From Candidatus Falkowbacteria bacterium (lineage in GTDB: Bacteria; Patescibacteriota; Patescibacteriia; Patescibacteriales; UBA12465): 34,624 nucleotides of DNA. Each line of letters starts with the position of its first letter. Position 1 is the first letter of the stretch. Below, piece after piece: positions 27,391-34,624 of the stretch. Position numbers and translations under genes: made by a program. The notes beneath the pieces were generated by a model. That model was given only the letters and a program-made list of their open reading frames with translations, was not told the DNA's origin and did no database searches. The stretch covers positions 1-34,624 of the forward strand of contig CAIZYV010000052.1 in assembly GCA_903937325.1 (NCBI GenBank). Direction: 5' to 3'.

Positions 27391-28269
27391 ATGCAAAAGA
27401 TAAAAAAAGCTATTTTCCCAGTTGCTGGTTTCGGCACCCGTTTTTTACCAGCGACCAAAGCTCAGCCGAAAGAAATGCTACCGGTGGTTGATAAGCCGGT
27501 TATTCAATATCTCGTGGAAGAGGCGGTGTCAGCTGGGATTGAAGAAATAATTTTTGTTACCGGTCGAGGTAAGAGGGCAATTGAAGATCATTTTGATTAT
27601 TCTTTTGAATTAAGCAAGACATTAGTGGAAAAGAATAAGATGGATCTTGTAAAAAAAGTACAGGCAATCGAAAATCTGGCAAAATTTTCCTATGTGCGCC
27701 AGCCCATTCCTTTGGGTGATGGCCATGCGGTTATGTGTGCCTCCCATTTAATTCGTGATGATGAACCGGTATTAGTAATGTTTGGTGATACTCTTTATGA
27801 TTCTCCCGTTTCTCCTGTTAAGCAGGTGATGGATGTTTATGAACATTACGGTGATGCTGTTATTGGTTTATCTGAAGTTGAACATAAGGATGTCAGCCAA
27901 TTCGGAGTTATCGATGGTCTTGATTTAGGTGATGGTATTTATGAAATTAAAAAATTTATTGAAAAGCCTCCGGTCGAGGACGCACCTTCTAATTTAGTGC
28001 AAGTTGGTATTAACATTATTACTCCAGAAATTATTAATATTCTTCGATTAATGAAATCCGGAAAATCTGGGGAAATTCGCCTGGCTGATGCTTACGATGT
28101 TATGTTGGAGCAGGGACGCCTCTTGTATGGAAAAAAATTAGACGGTGAATGGCTTGATACTGGTAATAAATTTAATTTAATTAAGGCTAATATTAAAATG
28201 GGTATTAAAGATGCTGAAATTGGTGAGGAGTTGAAAGAATTTTTAAGAAAGATCGCTAAGAGCCTTTAA
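27391..28269 (+). CDS. galU: UTP--glucose-1-phosphate uridylyltransferase
   Basis: KAIFPVAGFGTRFLPATKAQPKEMLPVVDKP and AIEDHFD. ATG at 27391. Confidence 0.95.
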   Translation: MQKIKKAIFPVAGFGTRFLPATKAQPKEMLPVVDKPVIQYLVEEAVSAGIEEIIFVTGRGKRAIEDHFDYSFELSKTLVEKNKMDLVKKVQAIENLAKFSYVRQPIPLGDGHAVMCASHLIRDDEPVLVMFGDTLYDSPVSPVKQVMDVYEHYGDAVIGLSEVEHKDVSQFGVIDGLDLGDGIYEIKKFIEKPPVEDAPSNLVQVGINIITPEIINILRLMKSGKSGEIRLADAYDVMLEQGRLLYGKKLDGEWLDTGNKFNLIKANIKMGIKDAEIGEELKEFLRKIAKSL

Positions 28270-28287
28270 AGCGAAATTTAAATTAAC

Positions 28288-28319
28288 AAAAAACCGCTTC
28301 GGATTGAAGCGGTTTTTTT
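28288..28319. terminator. Bidirectional intrinsic terminator
   Basis: AAAAAACCGCTTC-ggatt-GAAGCGGTTTTTTT. Confidence 0.9.
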
Positions 28320-28330
28320 ATTACACTCCT

Positions 28331-29662
28331 TTATTGTAACTGTAGTTTATATATGCCGCCTTGTTGGCCGATTTGGGCATAAAAATATAAGAGTTGATTT
28401 TTTTCGTCTAAGGCGAGATCGACTATATTGTTAGCTTGTAAGAGAGAGATTGGTTCACGTTTATCTAGATTAAGATTGATAATTTTTATTTCTGTGTCGC
28501 TTGCATAGAGTAGATAATTTTTTGTTCTATGCCAGGCAAAGCCGGTAATCGGCTCACTAACTCTAATTAATAGATTTTGCTGGTTATTATTTATATCTAA
28601 AGAATATATTTCAAATTCGTTATGCCAGATGAGCCTATTTTTATCTAGCCATTGCCAAGCGCTGGCCGGTCTAATTTGCTTTATAATTACCTGGTCAGTA
28701 TATTCACTGAGCAAATATAGGGACTCTTGTTTTCGGTCATAAAGACTTAAATGGTAGTCATCGTGATAGAAAACATAATCTCCAGCCGGTAATGGCTGGC
28801 TGCTTTGCCTAATAGCACTGGAGGCGTTGTAGACGCGTAAATAATACTGCCCATTTTGTCTCTCGACAGTGTAGATTAAATTATTTTTAACTGTATAAGC
28901 ACTATAATCGCTGCCGCTAAGAATAGTGCTGACAGTATTTTGCTTGGTTAAAATGCAGCTGATGTTTCCTCCCGATCGATAGTATATTTTTTTATCCGCT
29001 TCATCCCAATAAAAGTCTTGTGCTTCTTGACCAATAGCACTTAGGTCGTAGCCACTCGCCTTTCCTTCTAAGTCAATTAAACTGCCGTTTAATAGAATTT
29101 GTGAGCTATCTTTAGACCATTGCATCGATGTGGTCGTGCTGGTTTTGATGGGACTGACATTTTCTGTTTTTAAATTAATGATTGACCCCTCGCCAGCTAG
29201 AAATAAATTTTTTTTGTCCGGACTGAGGAATAATTCTTGTGGAGCACAAAGAGTCAAATTCATTGGCAGGGAACGTTTGAAAAGAATTAGATCCTCGGCA
29301 AAACTTGTCTGCCCGGAATAGATTTGCAGCTTTTTTTCTAAGGGCCAGTATCCTTCTTTTTCTAAGCGTAAAGTATATTCGCCTGGTATCAGATTTTTAA
29401 TTTTTACTGGTGTGGTAATATCATTGCGGCCGAGGTCAAGAAAAAGGGAACGTCTTTGTTTGGTGCCGTTTAAAAAAATACTAGCTTCCGTCGGTTCGCT
29501 ATCTAAAATAAGCATGCCAGTTTTTTGAAAAAACTGGTTGAAACGCGGCGGCCAACGTCGGTCTATGCTATAGCCGACAGCGTAGAGAGAAACAAAAAAA
29601 GTAATTATAACAAATAGAGCGATAAACAATATAAACAGCCAATCTCTAAATTTTTTGGACAT
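28331..29662 (-). CDS. PEGA-domain membrane-anchored protein with probable beta-propeller C-terminus
   Basis: N-terminal TM, TGMLILDSEP...ASIFLNG...LIPGEYTLRLEKEGY (PEGA), then beta-rich blade-like motifs (LSPD, WSKD). Confidence 0.8.
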   Translation of the reverse strand: MSKKFRDWLFILFIALFVIITFFVSLYAVGYSIDRRWPPRFNQFFQKTGMLILDSEPTEASIFLNGTKQRRSLFLDLGRNDITTPVKIKNLIPGEYTLRLEKEGYWPLEKKLQIYSGQTSFAEDLILFKRSLPMNLTLCAPQELFLSPDKKNLFLAGEGSIINLKTENVSPIKTSTTTSMQWSKDSSQILLNGSLIDLEGKASGYDLSAIGQEAQDFYWDEADKKIYYRSGGNISCILTKQNTVSTILSGSDYSAYTVKNNLIYTVERQNGQYYLRVYNASSAIRQSSQPLPAGDYVFYHDDYHLSLYDRKQESLYLLSEYTDQVIIKQIRPASAWQWLDKNRLIWHNEFEIYSLDINNNQQNLLIRVSEPITGFAWHRTKNYLLYASDTEIKIINLNLDKREPISLLQANNIVDLALDEKNQLLYFYAQIGQQGGIYKLQLQ

Positions 29663-29668
29663 AATAAT

Positions 29669-30934
29669 TTATTCTACGCGTTCAATATCGGCACCTAAGG
29701 CGCGTAAGCGCTCTTCTAGTTTCTCATAGCCGCGATCTATCTGATAAATATTATCGATTTCCGTTCGGCCATCGGCAATCAAGGCAGCAATAACTAAAGC
29801 AATTCCGGCTCTTAAATCCGGGCTCATTAATCTTTTCCCATAAAGCCTAGTCGGACCCTGAACGACAACTCTGTGTGGATCGCACATCGTTATCTGCGCA
29901 CCCATTTGGGAAAGCATATCAGTCCAAAGCAAGCGTCGGTCATAAATTGTTTCATGAATTAAAGCCGTGCCAGTGGCCTGGGTCATCAAAACTACATAAG
30001 GTGATTGGAGGTCGGTGGCAAAACCGGGATATTCGTGCGTCTTAATGTCATGAGAGAGCAGGGGTGTTTGTCTTTTTTCCATTTTTATCCAGTCTGGTCC
30101 AGTGGAAAAATTTACTCCTATTTTTTTTAATATTTTTAAAAGCGTCATGATATGTTCCGGGTTGCAATTTTCTATTTCTATTTCGGCATTAGCGGCGGCT
30201 GCTAAAATAACAAAAGAGCCGGTTTCAATGCGATCAGGAATAACGGCAAATTTTCCTGCTCCGATCTCTTCCTGTCCTTCAATCGTGATCGTTGGTGTAC
30301 CGGCGCCGGTAATTTTTGCTCCCTGGGTATTCAGATAATTAGCCAAAGCTTCTATTTCTGGCTCCATGGCACAATTTTGCAAGATAGTAGTGCCGGGGAT
30401 GATGGTCGCTGTCATCATCATGCTTTCAGTGGCGGTAACGCTGACAAGTGGAAAAAAATAATGAGCAGGGTGGAGTTTTTCGGCTTTGATATTATAAAAT
30501 TTCCCCGACTCCTCTTTTATTTCTGCGCCGAAAGCCTGATAGCCTTCTAAAAAAAGATCGATTGGTCGGCCACCAGCGCCGATAACGCAACCTCCCGGAT
30601 GAGGAAATTTTACTTCTTTAAAACGAGCGAGTAAGGGGCCAATAAACATAACTGAGCCTCTAAATTTATCGGCCAGCTTTGGATTCATTTCACTTTTATT
30701 TAAAGAGGCAGTTTCTATAATAACTTCTTGGCCGTTCTTACTTATTTTAGCGCCTAAATCAACAAGAACCTCGAATGATCTCTCTACATCTTCTATTATT
30801 GGCAGGTTGCTGAGAGTAATTGGTTGCTTTGATAAGATAGCGGCGGGAATAATTTTTAGGGCTGAATTTTTTGCACCGCTGACGGAAATTTTACCGCTTA
30901 AAGTTCTACCGCCGTTTATAATGAATTTAGGCAT
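29669..30934 (-). CDS. murA: UDP-N-acetylglucosamine 1-carboxyvinyltransferase
   Basis: SGAKNS, PGGCVIG, PDRIETG, YPGFATDLQ, DLRAG, IDRGYE. Confidence 0.97.
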   Translation of the reverse strand: MPKFIINGGRTLSGKISVSGAKNSALKIIPAAILSKQPITLSNLPIIEDVERSFEVLVDLGAKISKNGQEVIIETASLNKSEMNPKLADKFRGSVMFIGPLLARFKEVKFPHPGGCVIGAGGRPIDLFLEGYQAFGAEIKEESGKFYNIKAEKLHPAHYFFPLVSVTATESMMMTATIIPGTTILQNCAMEPEIEALANYLNTQGAKITGAGTPTITIEGQEEIGAGKFAVIPDRIETGSFVILAAAANAEIEIENCNPEHIMTLLKILKKIGVNFSTGPDWIKMEKRQTPLLSHDIKTHEYPGFATDLQSPYVVLMTQATGTALIHETIYDRRLLWTDMLSQMGAQITMCDPHRVVVQGPTRLYGKRLMSPDLRAGIALVIAALIADGRTEIDNIYQIDRGYEKLEERLRALGADIERVE

Positions 30935-30979
30935 AGCGTTAATTTTTAACTTTTTAATAACTTTATCTTATCCTATTTA

Positions 30980-31007
30980 TTGACATTTTTCAAATATTTG
31001 GTAATAT
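30980..31007 (+). promoter_or_regulatory. Putative rplU promoter
   Basis: TTGACA (30980) - 16 nt - TAATAT (31002) with extended TG. Confidence 0.6.
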
Positions 31008-31065
31008 TGAAGAGTAAATCGGCGCAAGCCTGATTTTTTCTAATAATTTTGCTAATATTAAATGT

Positions 31066-31380
31066 ATGGCGAAGATCGCAGTAATTGCCACCGGCGGCAA
31101 ACAATATAAGGTCAAAGAAGGTGAAACCATCAAAGTGGAAAAACTGGATCTTAAAGTCGGCGAAAAAGTGAATTTTGACACTCTTTTGGTAGCGGAAACC
31201 GACGGCAGCGCCGTTACAGTGGGTACCCCGTCTTTAGGTGATAAAGTGACAGCTGAAGTTTTGAGTACTGCTCAGCAGGATAAGGTGACGGTTGTGAAGT
31301 ATAAGAGTAAGACTCGGTACAAGAAGACAGTCGGTCATCGTCAGTTGAAAACTTCTGTAAAGATATTAAGCATTGCTTAA
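31066..31380 (+). CDS. rplU: 50S ribosomal protein L21
   Basis: AVIATGGKQYKV...KYKSKTRY...GHRQ. Confidence 0.98.
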   Translation: MAKIAVIATGGKQYKVKEGETIKVEKLDLKVGEKVNFDTLLVAETDGSAVTVGTPSLGDKVTAEVLSTAQQDKVTVVKYKSKTRYKKTVGHRQLKTSVKILSIA

Positions 31381-31405
31381 TTATCATTTTCCATTTGAAT
31401 ATTTT

Positions 31406-31438
31406 AAAATCCGTTTTTCTGAGAAAAGCGGATTTTTT
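31406..31438. terminator. Bidirectional intrinsic terminator
   Basis: AAAATCCGTTTTTC-tga-GAAAAGCGGATTTTTT. Confidence 0.85.
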
Positions 31439-31550
31439 AGTTTTGTGGCTCAGTTTTATCCTTTATTTTTAGGACAACCAAACATTTTTTTCTTTTCTGG
31501 CGGCGCAATAACCAGAATCTGATTAAAAACATTATAATCAAAGCGGTCAT
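31437..31550 (-). CDS. Candidate 37-aa small protein MTALIIMFLIRFWLLRRQKRKKCLVVLKIKDKTEPQN
   Basis: Hand-translated; preceded by AAGGAGGAGTA; exactly fills the gap between recR and the terminator. Confidence 0.55.
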   Translation of the reverse strand: MTALIIMFLIRFWLLRRQKRKKCLVVLKIKDKTEPQN

Positions 31551-31576
31551 TACTCCTCCTTTTTTTGTATTTATAC

Positions 31577-32167
31577 TTATAGATTATTTCTATATTTTAA
31601 AGCATTAGCTAGAGTTAATTCGTCAGCATATTCCAAATCTGATCCGGCCGGTAAACCTCTGGCTAAGCGAGTTAATTTTAAATCAGGAAAAAGTTTTTTT
31701 AAATATAAAGACGTGCTTTCGCCCTCTAAAGTGAAGTTAAGGCCGATGATTATTTCTTGTACTTTATTTTTAATAATTATATCGCGTAGCTTGGTTATCG
31801 GTAGTTGTTCGGGGCCGATATTTTCTAAGGTATTAAGTAAGCCGTCAAGAATAAAATAGAGACCAGTAAATTGTTTACTCTTTTCAATAACTGTCAGATC
31901 TTGACTATTTTCTACAATACAAAGCAAATCTTGTCTGCGTTTATTATCGCTGCAGATTGAGCAGATGTCTTCATCACTAAAAACACGGCATTGGCCACAG
32001 CGCCGGCTTTTTTTTGGTAATTCTTGGAGAGCTTGGGCTAAAGATTGTGTTTTAGACGCTGGTTGATTAAGTAAATAAAAAGCATAGCGTTCGGCAGTTT
32101 TCGGTCCGACGCTAGGGAAGCGAGAAAAATGATCAATTAGATCTTGGATGTAAGCCGGGTATTTCAT
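31577..32167 (-). CDS. recR: Recombination mediator RecR
   Basis: HhH VGPKTAER, C4 zinc finger CGQC...CSIC, Toprim EGEST, TRLARGLP. Confidence 0.97.
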   Translation of the reverse strand: MKYPAYIQDLIDHFSRFPSVGPKTAERYAFYLLNQPASKTQSLAQALQELPKKSRRCGQCRVFSDEDICSICSDNKRRQDLLCIVENSQDLTVIEKSKQFTGLYFILDGLLNTLENIGPEQLPITKLRDIIIKNKVQEIIIGLNFTLEGESTSLYLKKLFPDLKLTRLARGLPAGSDLEYADELTLANALKYRNNL

Positions 32168-32183
32168 TGCTTGCTAATTTATT

Positions 32184-32459
32184 TTAGCTCAGTCCAGGTA
32201 GACCGCCCATATCCTGAAGTTTTTTAGCCATTAAGCGCTGAGTGCGTTTAAGAGCATCATTAAAACAACTTTTTAAAGCAGCAGCCTGGTTGTCGATGTT
32301 TAGATTCGGGTTAAGGATTAATTCCGTTATTTCCATGTTGCCATTCAAAGTTAACTTTACTCCGTTTTTTTCTTCCGTAATACTTTCTTGCGCCAGAGCG
32401 CTCTGCATTGTTTTTGCTTGGCTCCGCAAATCTTTAAATTGTTTCAGTTTGTTGAACAT
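32184..32459 (-). CDS. ybaB: YbaB/EbfC nucleoid-associated protein
   Basis: AKTMQSALAQE...GVKLTLNGN...GGLPG; adjacent to recR. Confidence 0.9.
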   Translation of the reverse strand: MFNKLKQFKDLRSQAKTMQSALAQESITEEKNGVKLTLNGNMEITELILNPNLNIDNQAAALKSCFNDALKRTQRLMAKKLQDMGGLPGLS

Positions 32460-32480
32460 AAATTTTACTCTTTTATATTA

Positions 32481-33869
32481 TTAACTTGGATTATTATTGC
32501 TGCGACTGATATTACGGAAACTGGCGGTATTTTCGTCGAAGAAAAGATCGATTTTTCCTGTTGGTCCATTGCGATGCTTAGCGATATGCACTTCCGCTTT
32601 ATATCTTTCATCCATTGGTAAGTCGTTGGGATTATAGCTTCGATCGGCCGCTTTGCGGTAGATAAACATAACAACATCGGCATCTTGTTCAATTGATCCG
32701 GAATCACGTAAGTGAGACAATTTTGGAATTGCCGGGCTGCTTTGTTCGACGGCGCGAGACAACTGAGCAAGCGCTAAAACCGGAATATTTAATTCACGAG
32801 CGATTGCTTTAAGTCCACGGCTGATTTCGCCGATTTCTTGAACACGATTATCAGTGAAGCGTCCGCGTCCTTCCATTAACTGCAGATAGTCGATAACGAT
32901 AAGACCGAGACCTTTTTCCATCTGTAAGCGCCGACACTTGGCGCGTATTTCCATGACTGACAGAGTGCTAGAATCATCAATATAAATTGGTGCTTCGGCT
33001 AGCTCTCCCATCGCTTTGCCGATTTTAGTAAAATCATTATCCTCTTCTTTGTCGGATAAGTTACCAGTGCGCATTTTCCAGAGATTAACATTAGCTTGGG
33101 CACAAAGCATGCGGTCTACTAATTGTTCTTTTCCCATTTCTAAAGAAAAGATACCGACGCCGGCTTTATTACGAATAGCTGCTTGCCTGGCGATATCAAG
33201 GGCTAAGGAGGTCTTGCCGACACTGGGGCGAGCGGCGAGAATGACTAAATCGGATTTTTGTAGACCGGCGAGTAGGGCATCTAGATCAGTGAAACCGGTG
33301 CTTAAGCCGCGGAGCTTGCCGCCGCCATGTTTATGCAACTCATCAATACGTTCAAAGGCTTCTGTTAAGAGACTGTCGATTGGTAAAAAAGCATTTTTTA
33401 GATATTTGCGGGAAACGCCGAAAATACGTTTTTCGGTTTCATCTAAGAGTTCGTCAATTTCACGATTTTCATCAAAGCTGGAGTTGGTAATTTCGGCTGC
33501 GGCCTGCTGGAGGCGGCGCAAAGTCGCTTTTTTCTGAATAATACTGGCATATTGGCTGATATTGCCGGCAGTAGCGACGGTGTTTGATAGTTTGGCAAGA
33601 TATGTGCGTCCGCCGGTATCGCTTAAGTGTTTTTTATCTTCCAGTTTATTAGCTAGAGTGATAATATCGATTGGTTCCTGGCTATTGTAAAGTTCTTGAA
33701 TTGCCTCATAAATCTTCTGGTTTGCCTGGCGATAGAAATCTTGGGGCAAAATCATGTCTACCACCTTAATAATTGCGTCTTTATCAATTAAAAGACAGCC
33801 CAAGAGCGATTCTTCGGCCTCGAGGCTGTGTGGTGGTATTTTTTCCAATAGATTTTTATCTTGGGTCAT
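32481..33869 (-). CDS. dnaB: Replicative DNA helicase
   Basis: PPHSLEAE, AARPSVGKT, IDYLQL, LRDSGSIEQDAD, KHRNGPTG. No intein. Confidence 0.99.
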   Translation of the reverse strand: MTQDKNLLEKIPPHSLEAEESLLGCLLIDKDAIIKVVDMILPQDFYRQANQKIYEAIQELYNSQEPIDIITLANKLEDKKHLSDTGGRTYLAKLSNTVATAGNISQYASIIQKKATLRRLQQAAAEITNSSFDENREIDELLDETEKRIFGVSRKYLKNAFLPIDSLLTEAFERIDELHKHGGGKLRGLSTGFTDLDALLAGLQKSDLVILAARPSVGKTSLALDIARQAAIRNKAGVGIFSLEMGKEQLVDRMLCAQANVNLWKMRTGNLSDKEEDNDFTKIGKAMGELAEAPIYIDDSSTLSVMEIRAKCRRLQMEKGLGLIVIDYLQLMEGRGRFTDNRVQEIGEISRGLKAIARELNIPVLALAQLSRAVEQSSPAIPKLSHLRDSGSIEQDADVVMFIYRKAADRSYNPNDLPMDERYKAEVHIAKHRNGPTGKIDLFFDENTASFRNISRSNNNPS

Positions 33870-33974
33870 AAAGGTAGCTTATTTACGTCTTTCTATCTTA
33901 GCTTATCGGCTTATCTTTATCAAGAATATTTTATACACTCTTTATGCACCCTTTATTGGCAGTTTATAAATAAT

Positions 33975-34003
33975 TTGACATTATTTCATTTTTGTACTAA
34001 ATT
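33975..34003 (+). promoter_or_regulatory. Putative sigma70 promoter for ORF 34052
   Basis: TTGACA - 17 nt - TAAATT. Confidence 0.65.
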
Positions 34004-34051
34004 TAGGCTTCAAAAGAAATTGTTAAGTCGTTCATTTAAACCCCCCCAAAT

Positions 34052-34375
34052 ATGAAAAAAAAATTAAGCGGCGACGAGCTCGCTAATTATTTGCAAAGCA
34101 TTGACTTTGATTTTCAGGTGCCAAATCTACCGACTATCAAGGCCTGTCTGGCGGAAGAATCTGGCCATTTGTTGCCTCCAGAAAAGATTTTAAGGCGCTT
34201 GTTTCTTACTACTAAGGAACCGGCTTTCCAAACGGTTTTAAATTTATGTTTGGAAAAACGTCTACCTGCCCTATTTGGCCAGGAATATTTCTTTAACGGC
34301 GATAAGATTGTCATTATTAATAATCAAGCTTGTTTAGCTTGTCGCCGACGAAATATTTGTCGTTTGCGGCCATAA
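34052..34375 (+). CDS. Hypothetical protein with Cys-rich basic C-terminus
   Basis: Has its own promoter and terminator; ends in CLACRRRNICRLRP. Confidence 0.65.
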   Translation: MKKKLSGDELANYLQSIDFDFQVPNLPTIKACLAEESGHLLPPEKILRRLFLTTKEPAFQTVLNLCLEKRLPALFGQEYFFNGDKIVIINNQACLACRRRNICRLRP

Positions 34376-34397
34376 ACATCAGTGCCGCCTAAGAATC

Positions 34398-34432
34398 AAA
34401 AAACTCCCGTTTTCTAGGGAGTTTTTCTTTTT
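34398..34432. terminator. Bidirectional intrinsic terminator
   Basis: AAAAACTCCC-gttttcta-GGGAGTTTTT between ORF 34052 and the tRNA 3' end. Confidence 0.85.
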
Positions 34433-34433
34433 G

Positions 34434-34507
34434 AGCCGCCTGTCGGATTCGAACCCACGACCTGCTGTTTACAAAACAGCTGCTCTAACCAACTGAGCTA
34501 AGGCGGC
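34434..34507 (-). tRNA. tRNA-Thr (anticodon UGU); CCA not encoded
   Basis: Reverse complement folds as a cloverleaf: acceptor GCCGCCT/AGGCGGC, D arm GCTC/GAGC, anticodon arm GCTGT-TTTGTAA-ACAGC, T loop TTCGAAT. Confidence 0.96.
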
Positions 34508-34516
34508 GCTACTTTG

Positions 34517-34545
34517 ATGTTATCTGATTTTTATTATCTTGGCAA
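34517..34545 (-). promoter_or_regulatory. Putative tRNA promoter
   Basis: Minus strand TTGCCA - 17 nt - TAACAT, ending 9 nt before the tRNA 5' end. Confidence 0.6.
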
Positions 34546-34624
34546 GAATTTGTTAATAGGGACACGATGCTGTATATTAAATATATGAGAATAGATTTGC
34601 AATTACATTCATATTACTCTGACG

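Noticed and set aside
32465..33537. ORFs 32465-32770 (-) and 33016-33537 (+)
   Set aside because: Alternative-frame and antisense shadows of dnaB.
33876..33956. Short repeats GCTTAT x3 and ACACTCTTTAT/GCACCCTTTAT upstream of dnaB as origin or iteron elements
   Set aside because: Too short and degenerate; no TTATCCACA DnaA boxes noticed and no obvious change in strand bias.
34384..34441. GCCGCCT repeated at 34384 and at the tRNA 3' end as att sites
   Set aside because: Only 7 bp, enclosing just the terminator, and no integrase is present.

Overview
AT-rich bacterial chromosomal segment read with the standard genetic code. The gene content, the A/T-rich leaders without Shine-Dalgarno (SD) sites and the protein families suggest a Patescibacteria/CPR organism (Parcubacteria, possibly Falkowbacteria); this is inference, not a search result. 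Core genes: end of the F-type ATP synthase operon (atpG-atpD-atpC), uppP, CIRCE-controlled groES-groEL, mltG, miaB, miaA, gatB, three GT2 glycosyltransferases, galU, murA, rplU, recR-ybaB-dnaB and tRNA-Thr(UGU). The most notable items are: (1) an unannotated ~185-nt minus-strand transcription unit between miaB and miaA, with a perfect sigma70 promoter, a long hairpin, a 31-codon ORF and a terminator; (2) a four-gene thymidylate operon (dCMP deaminase, long ThyX, orphan P-loop kinase, Tmk-dUTPase fusion) with an internal terminator-like hairpin; (3) a beta/zeta-type carbonic-anhydrase-like gene appended to the atp operon; (4) a divergent pair of GT-C-like membrane proteins; (5) a secreted phosphodiester glycosidase with tandem N-terminal repeats; (6) a 37-aa small ORF after recR. 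No CRISPR array, transposase, integrase or prophage was seen.
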